Positions 13,058-23,702 of a stretch of 64,000 nt of DNA are shown in pieces. The DNA is from Escherichia coli (GTDB taxonomy: Bacteria > Pseudomonadota > Gammaproteobacteria > Enterobacterales > Enterobacteriaceae): NCBI RefSeq assembly GCF_003334785.1, contig NZ_QOWV01000014.1; one strand, given 5' to 3'. The translations under genes were made by a program, and so were the position numbers. Within the stretch, counting starts at the first letter, position 1. Each line of letters starts with the position of its first letter. The notes under the pieces were generated by a model that saw only the letters and a program-made list of their open reading frames with translations, had not been told where the DNA came from and ran no database searches.

Positions 13058-14023
13058 ATGAGTAAACCCATTGTGATGGAACGCGGTGTTAAATACCGCG
13101 ATGCCGATAAGATGGCCCTTATCCCGGTTAAAAACGTGGCAACAGAGCGCGAAGCCCTGCTGCGCAAGCCGGAATGGATGAAAATCAAGCTTCCAGCGGA
13201 CTCTACACGTATCCAGGGCATCAAAGCCGCAATGCGCAAAAATGGCCTGCATTCTGTCTGCGAGGAAGCCTCCTGCCCTAACCTGGCGGAATGCTTCAAC
13301 CACGGCACAGCAACGTTTATGATCCTCGGCGCTATTTGTACCCGCCGTTGTCCGTTCTGTGATGTTGCCCACGGTCGCCCGGTAGCTCCTGATGCCAATG
13401 AACCAGTGAAACTGGCTCAGACCATTGCCGATATGGCGCTGCGTTATGTGGTTATCACCTCCGTTGACCGTGATGACCTGCGCGATGGCGGTGCCCAGCA
13501 CTTTGCGGATTGCATTACTGCCATTCGGGAAAAAAGCCCGCAAATCAAAATTGAAACTCTGGTGCCGGATTTCCGCGGTCGTATGGATCGTGCTCTGGAT
13601 ATTCTGACTGCAACGCCACCAGATGTGTTCAACCATAACCTGGAAAACGTACCGCGTATTTACCGTCAGGTACGGCCTGGTGCAGATTACAACTGGTCGC
13701 TGAAGCTGCTGGAACGCTTTAAAGAAGCGCATCCGGAAATCCCGACCAAGTCTGGTCTGATGGTGGGACTGGGTGAAACCAATGAAGAAATTATTGAGGT
13801 AATGCGCGACCTGCGCCGTCATGGTGTGACGATGTTAACGCTGGGGCAATATTTGCAGCCAAGCCGCCATCACCTGCCGGTTCAACGTTACGTTAGCCCG
13901 GATGAGTTCGACGAAATGAAAGCCGAAGCGCTGGCGATGGGCTTTACCCATGCTGCATGCGGTCCGTTTGTCCGCTCTTCTTACCACGCCGATTTGCAGG
14001 CGAAAGGGATGGAAGTTAAGTAA
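13058..14023 (+). CDS. lipA: lipoyl synthase (radical SAM)
   Basis: 321-aa ORF with CxxxCxxC radical-SAM cluster motif (CTRRCPFC). Confidence 0.95.
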
Positions 14024-14052
14024 TCCTGTAATAATTACTTACATCTGTCTGA

Positions 14053-14086
14053 TAAAAAACCCGCTTTTTGAAGCGGGTTTTTTGTA
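14053..14086. terminator. bidirectional rho-independent terminator between convergent lipA and tatE
   Basis: aaaaaacccgctttttgaagcgggttttttg: GC stem flanked by A-tract and T-tract. Confidence 0.8.
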
Positions 14087-14123
14087 TCGAACAAGATATT
14101 GAGGGAGCGTCCTGCTCGCCACG

Positions 14124-14327
14124 TCACTCTTTATGAGAGAGCTTTTCAGCCTGAAGATCAACGTCTGCGCCTTTTTTCGCCGCAGCATCGTCATCATTCA
14201 TCGCCTTCTTGAACCCTTTAATGGCCGCTCCAAGGTCTCCGCCCAGCGTACGTAACTTCTTAGTCCCAAACAGCAGAACGACCAGCGCCGCAACTACCAG
14301 CAGTTTGGTAATACTAATCTCACCCAT
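14124..14327 (-). CDS. tatE: twin-arginine translocase subunit TatE
   Basis: 67-aa [36 protein letters not shown]... Confidence 0.93.
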   Translation of the reverse strand: MGEISITKLLVVAALVVLLFGTKKLRTLGGDLGAAIKGFKKAMNDDDAAAKKGADVDLQAEKLSHKE

Positions 14328-14455
14328 AGATACCTTCTTGACATATAACCGGCAACAGAACGCGCCTTAAAAACCAGAGAATATTAACGGTCATTCGACG
14401 CGCGCACACAATAGCAATCTGTAACAAGGTGAATCAAGCGCCGAGTAAAAAAACA

Positions 14456-15249
14456 TCATAATAATTGCGGCGGCGCAAAGCGACGGTTGTTTAAGACGGG
14501 CAGTTGCGCGCGCACCTGACGCACACGTTCGGGCGTCACTTCCGCCATAATGAGTGCAGGCATTTCTGACGCTGCCGCAATGGTGACGCCAAAGGGATCT
14601 ATAATCCGGCTTTGACCGATATTTTTGTTCCCGCACTCCCCCGCCGCCACCATATAACAGGTGGTATCCAGCGCACGAGCGGCAAGCAACGTTGACCAGT
14701 GATGCTCTTTGAGCGGCCCGCGAACCCAGGCGGCAGGAAGTACCAGGATTTCAGCTCCCTGTAATGCCTGTGCCAGCGCCAGCTCTGGAAAGCGTAAGTC
14801 ATAACAGGTCATCAGACCGACCTTCATCCCTTCCACCTCCAGTAACGGAGCGATTTCATTACCAGCATCAACACGGCGTGATTCCTGAATGGCAAATGCA
14901 TCATAGAGATGCAGTTTGGCATAACGGGCGACGATGTTTCCTGCCTGAAGTGCCACCAGCATATTCCATGCGCGCCCCGGCGTTGAAGGAACATGAATCG
15001 TCAGAATTGTCGTCATCATGTTACGTTTACTTTCTCGCCGTAAAGTCCGAGGAATTCGCCTTCCAGCAGCTGTGCTGATTTAACCGATAGATCTGCATCA
15101 TGATCATCGCGCGCCAGCAATGCTTCCGGCAGGACAAACAGCGATACGTCGTTTTCCGCCGCCTGCGCCATCAACGAGGCACAAATCTCAGCGTTCTTTT
15201 CCCACACAGATGTAACAGCAAACTGTCCTGCGGCAACCAGCATTGCCAC
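14456..15249 (-). pseudogene. ybeM: C-N hydrolase (nitrilase-family) gene interrupted by a frameshift
   Basis: Two adjacent minus-strand ORFs in different frames (15016..15249, 77 aa; 14456..15019, 187 aa) jointly encode one nitrilase-family protein; junction near 15016-15022. Confidence 0.8.
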
Positions 15250-15335
15250 CTCCTGTCAGAGTCGTAAAATTCGCCAACGACGATTATTCGGCGTTACACT
15301 TATCACTCATACAAATCAAATAGCAGGATTTTGCA

Positions 15336-15719
15336 GTGTTACAACTTCTTTTAGCAGTTTTTATTGGCGGTGGTACGGGAAGCGTGGCGAGATGGCTGTT
15401 AAGTATGCGATTTAACCCACTGCATCAGGCGATTCCGTTGGGGACGCTGACAGCAAACCTGATTGGGGCATTCATCATAGGAATAGGATTCGCATGGTTC
15501 AGCAGGATGACGAACATTGATCCAGTGTGGAAAGTATTAATCACCACCGGATTTTGTGGCGGTCTAACAACCTTCTCAACATTTTCGGCAGAAGTGGTGT
15601 TTTTGTTACAAGAGGGCCGCTTTGGCTGGGCATTACTGAACGTTTTCGTCAACCTTCTGGGGTCTTTTGCCATGACCGCACTGGCATTCTGGCTGTTTTC
15701 GGCCTCAACCGCACACTAA
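15336..15719 (+). CDS. crcB: fluoride channel CrcB/FluC
   Basis: 127-aa hydrophobic ORF, GTG start. Confidence 0.92.
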   Translation: MLQLLLAVFIGGGTGSVARWLLSMRFNPLHQAIPLGTLTANLIGAFIIGIGFAWFSRMTNIDPVWKVLITTGFCGGLTTFSTFSAEVVFLLQEGRFGWALLNVFVNLLGSFAMTALAFWLFSASTAH

Positions 15720-15721
15720 AG

Positions 15722-15756
15722 ACCAAAAAAAACCCGCTGATTAAGCGGGTTTTGAA
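15722..15756. terminator. bidirectional rho-independent terminator between convergent crcB and cspE
   Basis: aaaaaaaacccgctgattaagcgggttttgaa. Confidence 0.8.
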
Positions 15757-15772
15757 TTCTTGCTGACGTATC

Positions 15773-15982
15773 TTACAGAGCGATTACGTTTGCAGCAGAA
15801 GGGCCTTTGGCACCGTTAGTGATTTCGAACTCTACGCGCTGACCTTCAGCAAGAGTTTTAAAACCATTAGTCTGGATTGCAGAGAAGTGTACGAACACGT
15901 CTTTGCTGCCGTCTTCCGGAGTAATGAAACCGAATCCTTTGGACTCATTAAACCACTTAACGTTACCTTTAATCTTAGACAT
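15773..15982 (-). CDS. cspE: cold-shock-domain protein CspE
   Basis: ORF 15773..16012; start at internal Met ([20 protein letters not shown]...) giving 69 aa. Confidence 0.95.
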
Positions 15983-16156
15983 CAAAATTACCTTTACATG
16001 AAAAATAGACACAAATGCTGTGTCGGTTACCAGTACACCAATTGTGGTACGCTTTGTCCAGTGTAACTTTACTAAAAAGTGATAAAAGTCGCGTTATTTT
16101 TGATGTTACTTATTTTAGCTATTGATTTTAAAGAAGTTACTAAAACTTCATTTGTC

Positions 16157-16717
16157 TCAAAACTGAAAGCGCATCCAGGCAAAGTACACATTGCCATTGT
16201 TGTAGGTACCCGGAATGTAGGTCATCTGAAAAGTCACTGGGCCATAACCCACGGAGGCCAATGGCAGTAGAACCGGGAGAGGGATGTAATTCCAGTTATC
16301 GCGTGCCGTTACGCCAGCGGTGAATCCCAGACCTAAATGAAAATTTTCATCCGCCAGCGGTCGCCAGGTACTTTCCCATCCGTATCCGGCAATCGGTTCC
16401 CATTTGTTCCACGAGTCCTTAAATGCCATGGCATACAGGCCATGCCAGTTTCCTTTTTCATCCCAACGCGACAGGCCAAAACCGCCACCCCACGGTCGCT
16501 CGTTATAGCGATCGGTTTTTTCTTTGTCGTAAGCGAAACGTGCATGCCAGGTGATGGCAGGAATATATAAATCATAATGTTCAGGCTGTTGCCAGGTTTG
16601 TGCAATATTTTCTCTAAACGTTGTCATCCACTCATCTGCGTTAGCAAAAACTTTACCAACGCTGATTAACTGAATAAAAACAAAGGAAAAGATAGCGACA
16701 TATTTACTCACGTTCAT
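16157..16717 (-). CDS. pagP: lipid A palmitoyltransferase PagP (CrcA)
   Basis: ORF 16157..16741; start at [12 protein letters not shown]... giving 186 aa outer-membrane enzyme. Confidence 0.92.
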   Translation of the reverse strand: MNVSKYVAIFSFVFIQLISVGKVFANADEWMTTFRENIAQTWQQPEHYDLYIPAITWHARFAYDKEKTDRYNERPWGGGFGLSRWDEKGNWHGLYAMAFKDSWNKWEPIAGYGWESTWRPLADENFHLGLGFTAGVTARDNWNYIPLPVLLPLASVGYGPVTFQMTYIPGTYNNGNVYFAWMRFQF

Positions 16718-17202
16718 TTGTGACCATAAAACATTTATCAAAAATCTACTACTAGCATAGCAAAGCTACAATTAACATAACCTTAATAGACCCAACATAA
16801 AGAATAATCTGAATAGCTGCTCTATTTATTTCCGCTTGTTCAAGTTAAATATTTCCGCGCATCGATTAAAGATGATGCGTCGTTTTCTGCGATGGGAATA
16901 GTCAAAAAAGAAAAACCAAGTCTTTTTTGATGACAAAATGCAATCAAGGAAAAATTATTTTATTTTTTAACGAGATACAACAATCATCTTAACGAAGTAT
17001 ATAATATATATCGTCAACCTATGCTCATATTAGATTATTTTTTGAGCGCACAGCCGCAGCTAACACCATTGCAATTAACAAATTTGCATCAATCCACCAT
17101 CAATTTGCACACATTATTATGTGATAATTGCCAACCGCTAAATATGCGTTTTGTTATCTATGTATAAAAACAGCAACTTCAATGTCTTAATGGCAGTTTT
17201 TA

Positions 17203-17216
17203 TTGATTTTAATCAG
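17203..17216. promoter_or_regulatory. FNR-like site upstream of dcuC
   Basis: ttgattttaatcag matches TTGAT-N4-ATCAA at 9 of 10 positions, about 90 nt upstream of the dcuC start codon. Confidence 0.45.
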
Positions 17217-17305
17217 CATTCATCGCCAATTTATTGGGCATATTTTTTCCTTAAGCTTTAGGAATTTTTTATTATTTACTTTGGGGCCTGGAGACAGGAA
17301 AAATT

Positions 17306-18691
17306 ATGCTGACATTCATTGAGCTCCTTATTGGGGTTGTGGTTATTGTGGGTGTAGCTCGCTACATCATTAAAGGGTATTCCGCCACTGGTGTGTTATT
17401 TGTCGGTGGCCTGTTATTGCTGATTATCAGTGCCATTATGGGGCACAAAGTGTTACCGTCCAGCCAGGCTTCAACAGGCTACAGCGCCACGGATATCGTT
17501 GAATACGTTAAAATATTACTAATGAGCCGCGGCGGCGACCTCGGCATGATGATTATGATGCTGTGTGGATTTGCCGCTTACATGACCCATATCGGCGCGA
17601 ATGATATGGTGGTCAAGCTGGCGTCAAAACCATTGCAGTATATTAACTCCCCTTACCTGCTGATGATTGCCGCCTATTTTGTCGCCTGTCTGATGTCTCT
17701 GGCCGTCTCTTCCGCAACCGGTCTGGGTGTTTTGCTGATGGCAACCCTATTTCCGGTGATGGTAAACGTTGGTATCAGTCGTGGCGCAGCTGCTGCCATT
17801 TGTGCCTCCCCGGCGGCGATTATTCTCGCACCGACTTCAGGGGATGTGGTGCTGGCGGCGCAAGCTTCCGAAATGTCGCTGATTGACTTCGCCTTCAAAA
17901 CGACGCTGCCTATCTCAATTGCTGCAATTATCGGCATGGCGATCGCCCACTTCTTCTGGCAACGTTATCTGGATAAAAAAGAGCACATCTCTCATGAAAT
18001 GTTAGATGTCAGTGAAATCACCACCACTGCTCCTGCGTTTTATGCCATTTTGCCGTTCACGCCGATCATCGGTGTACTGATTTTTGACGGTAAATGGGGT
18101 CCGCAATTACACATCATCACTATTCTGGTGATTTGTATGCTGATTGCCTCCATTCTGGAGTTCCTCCGCAGCTTTAATACCCAGAAAGTTTTCTCTGGTC
18201 TGGAAGTGGCTTATCGCGGGATGGCAGATGCGTTTGCTAACGTGGTGATGCTGCTGGTTGCCGCTGGGGTATTCGCTCAGGGGCTTAGCACCATCGGCTT
18301 TATTCAAAGTCTGATTTCTATCGCTACCTCGTTTGGTTCGGCGAGTATCATCCTGATGCTGGTATTGGTGATTCTGACAATGCTGGCGGCAGTCACGACC
18401 GGTTCAGGCAATGCGCCGTTTTATGCGTTTGTTGAGATGATCCCGAAACTGGCGCACTCTTCCGGCATTAACCCGGCGTATTTGACTATCCCGATGCTGC
18501 AGGCGTCAAACCTTGGCCGTACCCTTTCGCCCGTTTCTGGCGTAGTCGTTGCGGTTGCCGGGATGGCGAAGATCTCGCCGTTTGAAGTCGTAAAACGCAC
18601 CTCGGTACCGGTGCTTGTTGGTTTGGTGATTGTTATCGTTGCTACAGAGCTGATGGTGCCAGGAACGGCAGCAGCGGTCACAGGCAAGTAA
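17306..18691 (+). CDS. dcuC: anaerobic C4-dicarboxylate transporter DcuC
   Basis: 461-aa polytopic membrane ORF. Confidence 0.92.
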   Translation: MLTFIELLIGVVVIVGVARYIIKGYSATGVLFVGGLLLLIISAIMGHKVLPSSQASTGYSATDIVEYVKILLMSRGGDLGMMIMMLCGFAAYMTHIGANDMVVKLASKPLQYINSPYLLMIAAYFVACLMSLAVSSATGLGVLLMATLFPVMVNVGISRGAAAAICASPAAIILAPTSGDVVLAAQASEMSLIDFAFKTTLPISIAAIIGMAIAHFFWQRYLDKKEHISHEMLDVSEITTTAPAFYAILPFTPIIGVLIFDGKWGPQLHIITILVICMLIASILEFLRSFNTQKVFSGLEVAYRGMADAFANVVMLLVAAGVFAQGLSTIGFIQSLISIATSFGSASIILMLVLVILTMLAAVTTGSGNAPFYAFVEMIPKLAHSSGINPAYLTIPMLQASNLGRTLSPVSGVVVAVAGMAKISPFEVVKRTSVPVLVGLVIVIVATELMVPGTAAAVTGK

Positions 18692-18697
18692 ATAGTA

Positions 18698-18728
18698 ATG
18701 CCGGAGGCAAGTTTCCTCCGGCTTTATC
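18698..18728. terminator. hairpin between convergent dcuC and dpiA
   Basis: gccggaggcaagtttcctccggc stem-loop followed by ttta; weak T-tract. Confidence 0.4.
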
Positions 18729-18731
18729 ATG

Positions 18732-19412
18732 TCACCCACTGTGGTATATGCGTTGTGGTCTGCCAACTTTGCCGTGAACAATTTCAGCAATAATCAGATG
18801 GCGGCTGGCGCAATATTCAAGATAACGCCTGGCAGTGGTGCGGCTGATGGTCAGTGCCTGCGCCACCGTTTCTGCCGTATGTTGCACACCAGGCTCTTTA
18901 AACAGTTTTCGCACCGCGTTTAGCGTCAAGGGGTCAATGCCGGTCGGTAGCTCGTCCTTAGGTTCACCGCGAGCATAAGCATTAAACATCTCATCAATTT
19001 GCTTCTGGCTGGCGCTATCAATACTTTCCAGCATATGTTTACGCTGGCGGAAACGGGTTAGCGTTTGCCCCAGCCGTTCATAGGCAATGGGCTTAATGAG
19101 ATAATCAAATACACCACAACGTACGGCTTCAGACACCGTTTCCATATCGCTGGCTGCAGTGGTAAACACCACGTCGCCGGGATAATGCGCCTGCACCAGT
19201 TCATGCAGTAAATTAATCCCTCTACCGTCAGGAAGATAGTTATCGAGCAAGATTAGCCCCGGCTTAAAACGCTCGATCATCATTCGGGCCTGCGCCAGAT
19301 TTCCCGCCAGTAATATCTGACTGAATCCGGGAATGTGACGAATATATTCCGCATGCATCTCTGCCAGCGGCGTTTCGTCCTCAACGATCAATAGGGTTAA
19401 TGGAGCTGTCAT
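18732..19412 (-). CDS. dpiA: response regulator DpiA (CitB)
   Basis: 226-aa ORF with receiver domain (LIVEDE...LLDNYLPDG) and C-terminal HTH; overlaps dpiB 3' end. Confidence 0.93.
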   Translation of the reverse strand: MTAPLTLLIVEDETPLAEMHAEYIRHIPGFSQILLAGNLAQARMMIERFKPGLILLDNYLPDGRGINLLHELVQAHYPGDVVFTTAASDMETVSEAVRCGVFDYLIKPIAYERLGQTLTRFRQRKHMLESIDSASQKQIDEMFNAYARGEPKDELPTGIDPLTLNAVRKLFKEPGVQHTAETVAQALTISRTTARRYLEYCASRHLIIAEIVHGKVGRPQRIYHSG

Positions 19413-21039
19413 TAGGTTTCACTTTCGGAATATAGATTGAAAATAAGGTACCGCAGGGATCATTATCTTCGAGAGTGATAACACCACCGCAGCGCGTTAC
19501 GTAGCTGGCAATCAAGTACAACCCAATGCCATGTTCACCGGGCTCGTCAGCACGCGTACTGACCCCCTGCTCAAATATTTTGTCTCGTAGAGACTCTGGA
19601 ACGCCGCAGCCCTGATCGGCGACTTCAATCACCACATCATCGCCTTCATCGCTGAGGAATAATTCAACGATCTTGTTTCCTTCATCGCTACGCAGGCTGG
19701 CTTCGAAGGCGTTATCAAGTAAATTGCCCACAATGGCTGCAAACTCGGTGCTATCCAGTCCTGGCGGCAGTTGCGAAAGCTGGCTACCGGGGACAATGAT
19801 CATTTTTAGCCCCAGTTCCCGGGCGCGCTGCACTTTACCAAAAAGCAGCCCCGCCACCTGGCGATCGGCAAACGCCTCGCGCAGGCTGTCAATAAGCTGT
19901 TGCTGGGCCTGAGACTCCCCCTGCACCATCGCCAGCACGCGATCATACTCTTTCATCTGCAACAGACCATTGAGCGTCGACATCCAATTGAGATGCTCGT
20001 GTCGCAATGTACGAAGGCTCTCAACGTATTGTTTTATTTGCGTCAGTTGCGCATTGAGGGTGGAAATTTCGTCTTTACTACGAAAGCTGATAATGGCCCC
20101 CAGCAAATCATCACCTGAACGAATAGCTTCCCGGTTGGCAATAACGCTCAGACCGTTAAAGTTCGCCACCACATCCTGACGTTTTTCATCAATCTGTTCG
20201 GTAAAGAAATCGGCGGGCCTGACCACTTCAACAATGGGTTTACCCAACCATTGCCGTCCGGGGGAACTCAGCCCCAGCATCTTTCTTGCGTTACGATTGA
20301 TGGCGGTAATGTAACCATGCGGATCCACCGCAATCAGCCCTTCATAAACCGAACTAAACAGCGCCTCTTGCTGACGGACCACGCGTGCGATTTGCTTTGG
20401 CTCCATGCCCATCATCTGCCGACGGATATGCGCGGCCAGGAACCACGACAGCAACATCAGAATCCCTAACAGCACGACAAACACACCTGCCATCGGTAAT
20501 AAAAACTCAGCCCGCCAGCTATCGATTTTACTCACCAGGTAGCCAATCGACACCACGCCGATGACTTTTCCATCGTCATCAAAGATTGGCGTTTTGGCGC
20601 GCATCGCCATCCCCATTGACCCTTTCCCGGTAATGAAGTAGCTCTCCCCTTTCTCCAGCGCGCCCTGTTTGGTGAACTGCATAGGATAACCAATTTTCTC
20701 CGGATTAGGATGGTAAAGGCGGATCGAGTGCCGGTCCCCAATCACCACATAATCAAAATCGGTATCTCTTTGTAATTTGTTAGCGATGGTCGCCAGCCGT
20801 TTGTAGTCACGCGTTTTCACCGCAGAGATGACACTGTCATTGGAGGCAATAATTTTCGCCTGATTCATTGCCATGTCGCGTACATGAAGCGTTAAATAGT
20901 CCTCAAAACTGGCCGCAAAATATTGCGCCAGGGCTGCAATGACAAATATTGAGAACACCAGAATCAGCAAAAAGATACGCAGCGGAAATGCCAGTCTTTG
21001 GAAAAATGCAAACTGTTTATTCTCGTTAAGCTGCAACAT
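19381..21039 (-). CDS. dpiB: sensor histidine kinase DpiB (CitA)
   Basis: ORF 19381..21099; start at MLQLNENKQF... giving 552 aa; two TM segments, periplasmic sensor, kinase core. Confidence 0.92.
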   Translation of the reverse strand: MLQLNENKQFAFFQRLAFPLRIFLLILVFSIFVIAALAQYFAASFEDYLTLHVRDMAMNQAKIIASNDSVISAVKTRDYKRLATIANKLQRDTDFDYVVIGDRHSIRLYHPNPEKIGYPMQFTKQGALEKGESYFITGKGSMGMAMRAKTPIFDDDGKVIGVVSIGYLVSKIDSWRAEFLLPMAGVFVVLLGILMLLSWFLAAHIRRQMMGMEPKQIARVVRQQEALFSSVYEGLIAVDPHGYITAINRNARKMLGLSSPGRQWLGKPIVEVVRPADFFTEQIDEKRQDVVANFNGLSVIANREAIRSGDDLLGAIISFRSKDEISTLNAQLTQIKQYVESLRTLRHEHLNWMSTLNGLLQMKEYDRVLAMVQGESQAQQQLIDSLREAFADRQVAGLLFGKVQRARELGLKMIIVPGSQLSQLPPGLDSTEFAAIVGNLLDNAFEASLRSDEGNKIVELFLSDEGDDVVIEVADQGCGVPESLRDKIFEQGVSTRADEPGEHGIGLYLIASYVTRCGGVITLEDNDPCGTLFSIYIPKVKPNDSSINPIDR

Positions 21040-21417
21040 TGTTTTCCTTGCGGGTTGTCCCGAGCCTCTTTGACGGATGTAATTAAAATGTTGAATCAAA
21101 ATACATAGATATTAATTATGATCGTGGCAAATTTTATTCATTAAATCAATTAAATCACTTAAACCTGCGAGTCATTTCGTAATTACATTAATTAAAAAAC
21201 TTAAAATCATTAAATAAATAAAAAACCACTAACTCTATGTGAAATAAATCAAAATTTCACGCCGAAATACTCCTTAGGATGTATAGCGAAAGGAGAAAAA
21301 GATATACCTCGATCACCCCCTTTCTCCCAAGTGAAAATAAAAGGTTATCAGTTTGCAACATTGAACAACATTCGTTGCAAATCGATAACAACATGCACCT
21401 TCAGGATACTATTTATT

Positions 21418-22476
21418 ATGTTCGGCAATGATATTTTCACCCGCGTAAAACGTTCAGAAAATAAAAAAATGGCGGAAATCGCCCAATTCCTGCATGAAAA
21501 TGATTTGAGCGTTGACACCACAGTCGAAGTATTTATTACCGTAACCCGCGATGAAAAGCTTATCGCGTGCGGTGGAATTGCCGGAAATATTATTAAATGC
21601 GTTGCTATCAGTGAATCCGTCCGCGGTGAAGGACTGGCGCTGACATTAGCCACTGAATTGATAAACCTCGCCTATGAGCGGCACAGCACGCATCTGTTTA
21701 TTTATACCAAAACCGAATACGAGGCGCTGTTCCGCCAGTGCGGTTTTTCCACGCTGACCAGCGTACCCGGCGTGATGGTGCTGATGGAAAACAGCGCCAC
21801 GCGACTGAAACGCTATGCCGAATCGCTGAAAAAATTTCGTCATCCAGGGAACAAGATTGGCTGCATTGTGATGAACGCCAATCCCTTTACGAATGGTCAC
21901 CGTTATCTGATTCAACAGGCTGCGGCACAGTGCGACTGGTTGCATCTGTTTTTAGTCAAAGAAGATTCTTCACGCTTCCCCTATGAAGACCGGCTGGATT
22001 TGGTGTTAAAAGGCACCGCCGATATTCCACGCCTGACTGTGCATCGTGGCTCCGAATACATCATCTCCCGCGCTACGTTCCCTTGCTACTTCATTAAAGA
22101 ACAGAGCGTCATTAACCATTGTTACACCGAAATTGATCTGAAGATTTTCCGTCAGTACCTCGCTCCCGCGCTGGGTGTAACTCACCGCTTTGTCGGTACT
22201 GAACCCTTTTGTCGCGTTACCGCCCAGTACAACCAGGATATGCGCTACTGGCTGGAAACGCCGACTATCTCCGCACCGCCCATCGAACTGGTTGAAATTG
22301 AGCGGCTGCGTTACCAGGAGATGCCGATATCCGCTTCCCGGGTACGTCAACTGCTGGCGAAAAACGATCTCACGGCTATCGCGCCGCTGGTCCCTGCAGT
22401 CACGCTGCATTATTTGCAGAACCTGCTTGAGCACTCCCGCCAGGACGCGGCAGCTCGTCAAAAGACCCCCGCATGA
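21418..22476 (+). CDS. citC: [citrate (pro-3S)-lyase] ligase
   Basis: ORF 21331..22476; start at MFGNDIFTRV... giving 352 aa. Confidence 0.92.
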   Translation: MFGNDIFTRVKRSENKKMAEIAQFLHENDLSVDTTVEVFITVTRDEKLIACGGIAGNIIKCVAISESVRGEGLALTLATELINLAYERHSTHLFIYTKTEYEALFRQCGFSTLTSVPGVMVLMENSATRLKRYAESLKKFRHPGNKIGCIVMNANPFTNGHRYLIQQAAAQCDWLHLFLVKEDSSRFPYEDRLDLVLKGTADIPRLTVHRGSEYIISRATFPCYFIKEQSVINHCYTEIDLKIFRQYLAPALGVTHRFVGTEPFCRVTAQYNQDMRYWLETPTISAPPIELVEIERLRYQEMPISASRVRQLLAKNDLTAIAPLVPAVTLHYLQNLLEHSRQDAAARQKTPA

Positions 22477-22490
22477 GAAACAGGTGAAAA

Positions 22491-22787
22491 ATGAAAATAA
22501 ACCAGCCCGCCGTTGCAGGCACCCTTGAGTCTGGGGATGTGATGATACGCATCGCCCCACTCGATACGCAGGATATCGACCTGCAAATCAATAGCAGCGT
22601 TGAGAAACAGTTTGGCGATGCAATTCGCACCACCATTCTGGACGTTCTCGCCCGCTACAACGTGCGCGGCGTACAGCTGAATGTCGATGACAAAGGCGCA
22701 CTGGACTGCATTTTACGTGCACGACTGGAAGCCCTGCTGGCACGCGCCAGCGGTATCCCGGCTCTGCCATGGGAGGATTGCCAATGA
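22491..22787 (+). CDS. citD: citrate lyase acyl carrier protein (gamma subunit)
   Basis: 98-aa ORF directly upstream of citE. Confidence 0.93.
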
Positions 22788-23692
22788 TTTCCGCTTCGCT
22801 GCAACAACGTAAAACTCGCACCCGCCGCAGCATGTTGTTTGTGCCTGGTGCCAATGCCGCGATGGTCAGCAACTCCTTCATCTACCCGGCTGATGCCCTG
22901 ATGTTTGACCTCGAAGACTCCGTAGCATTGCGTGAAAAAGACACCGCCCGCCGCATGGTTTACCACGCGCTGCAACATCCGCTGTATCGCGATATTGAAA
23001 CCATTGTGCGTGTCAACGCGCTGGATTCCGAATGGGGTGTTAACGACCTGGAAGCCGTCGTTCGCGGTGGTGCGGACGTTGTGCGTCTGCCGAAAACCGA
23101 TACCGCTCAGGATGTTCTGGATATTGAAAAAGAGATCCTGCGTATCGAAAAAGCCTGTGGTCGTGAACCCGGCAGCACCGGCCTGCTGGCGGCGATTGAA
23201 TCTCCGCTGGGGATTACCCGCGCAGTGGAAATCGCTCACGCTTCCGAGCGTTTGATCGGTATCGCCCTCGGTGCAGAAGACTATGTGCGCAACCTGCGTA
23301 CAGAACGCTCCCCGGAAGGAACTGAACTGCTGTTCGCACGCTGTTCCATTTTGCAGGCCGCGCGCTCTGCGGGTATTCAGGCGTTCGATACCGTCTATTC
23401 CGACGCTAACAACGAAGCCGGATTTCTGCAAGAAGCCGCCCACATCAAACAGCTGGGCTTTGACGGCAAATCGCTGATCAACCCGCGTCAGATTGATCTG
23501 CTGCACAACCTCTACGCACCGACCCAGAAAGAAGTGGATCACGCCCGCCGCGTCGTAGAAGCCGCTGAAGCCGCCGCTCGCGAAGGCCTCGGCGTGGTTT
23601 CCCTGAACGGCAAGATGGTGGACGGTCCGGTTATCGATCGCGCCCGTCTGGTGCTCTCCCGTGCAGAACTTTCCGGCATCCGCGAAGAATAA
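22784..23692 (+). CDS. citE: citrate lyase beta subunit (citryl-ACP lyase)
   Basis: ORF 22769..23692; start at [10 protein letters not shown]... (302 aa), overlapping citD stop by 4 nt. Confidence 0.93.
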
Positions 23693-23702
23693 GGCAATCA
23701 AA

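Noticed and set aside
16079-16270. 63-aa hydrophobic ORF starting in the cspE upstream region
   Set aside because: Runs antisense into the 3' end of pagP with no convincing Shine-Dalgarno; more likely chance in AT-rich DNA
22655-23701. 348-aa ORF on the minus strand
   Set aside because: Antisense to citE; no recognisable motifs
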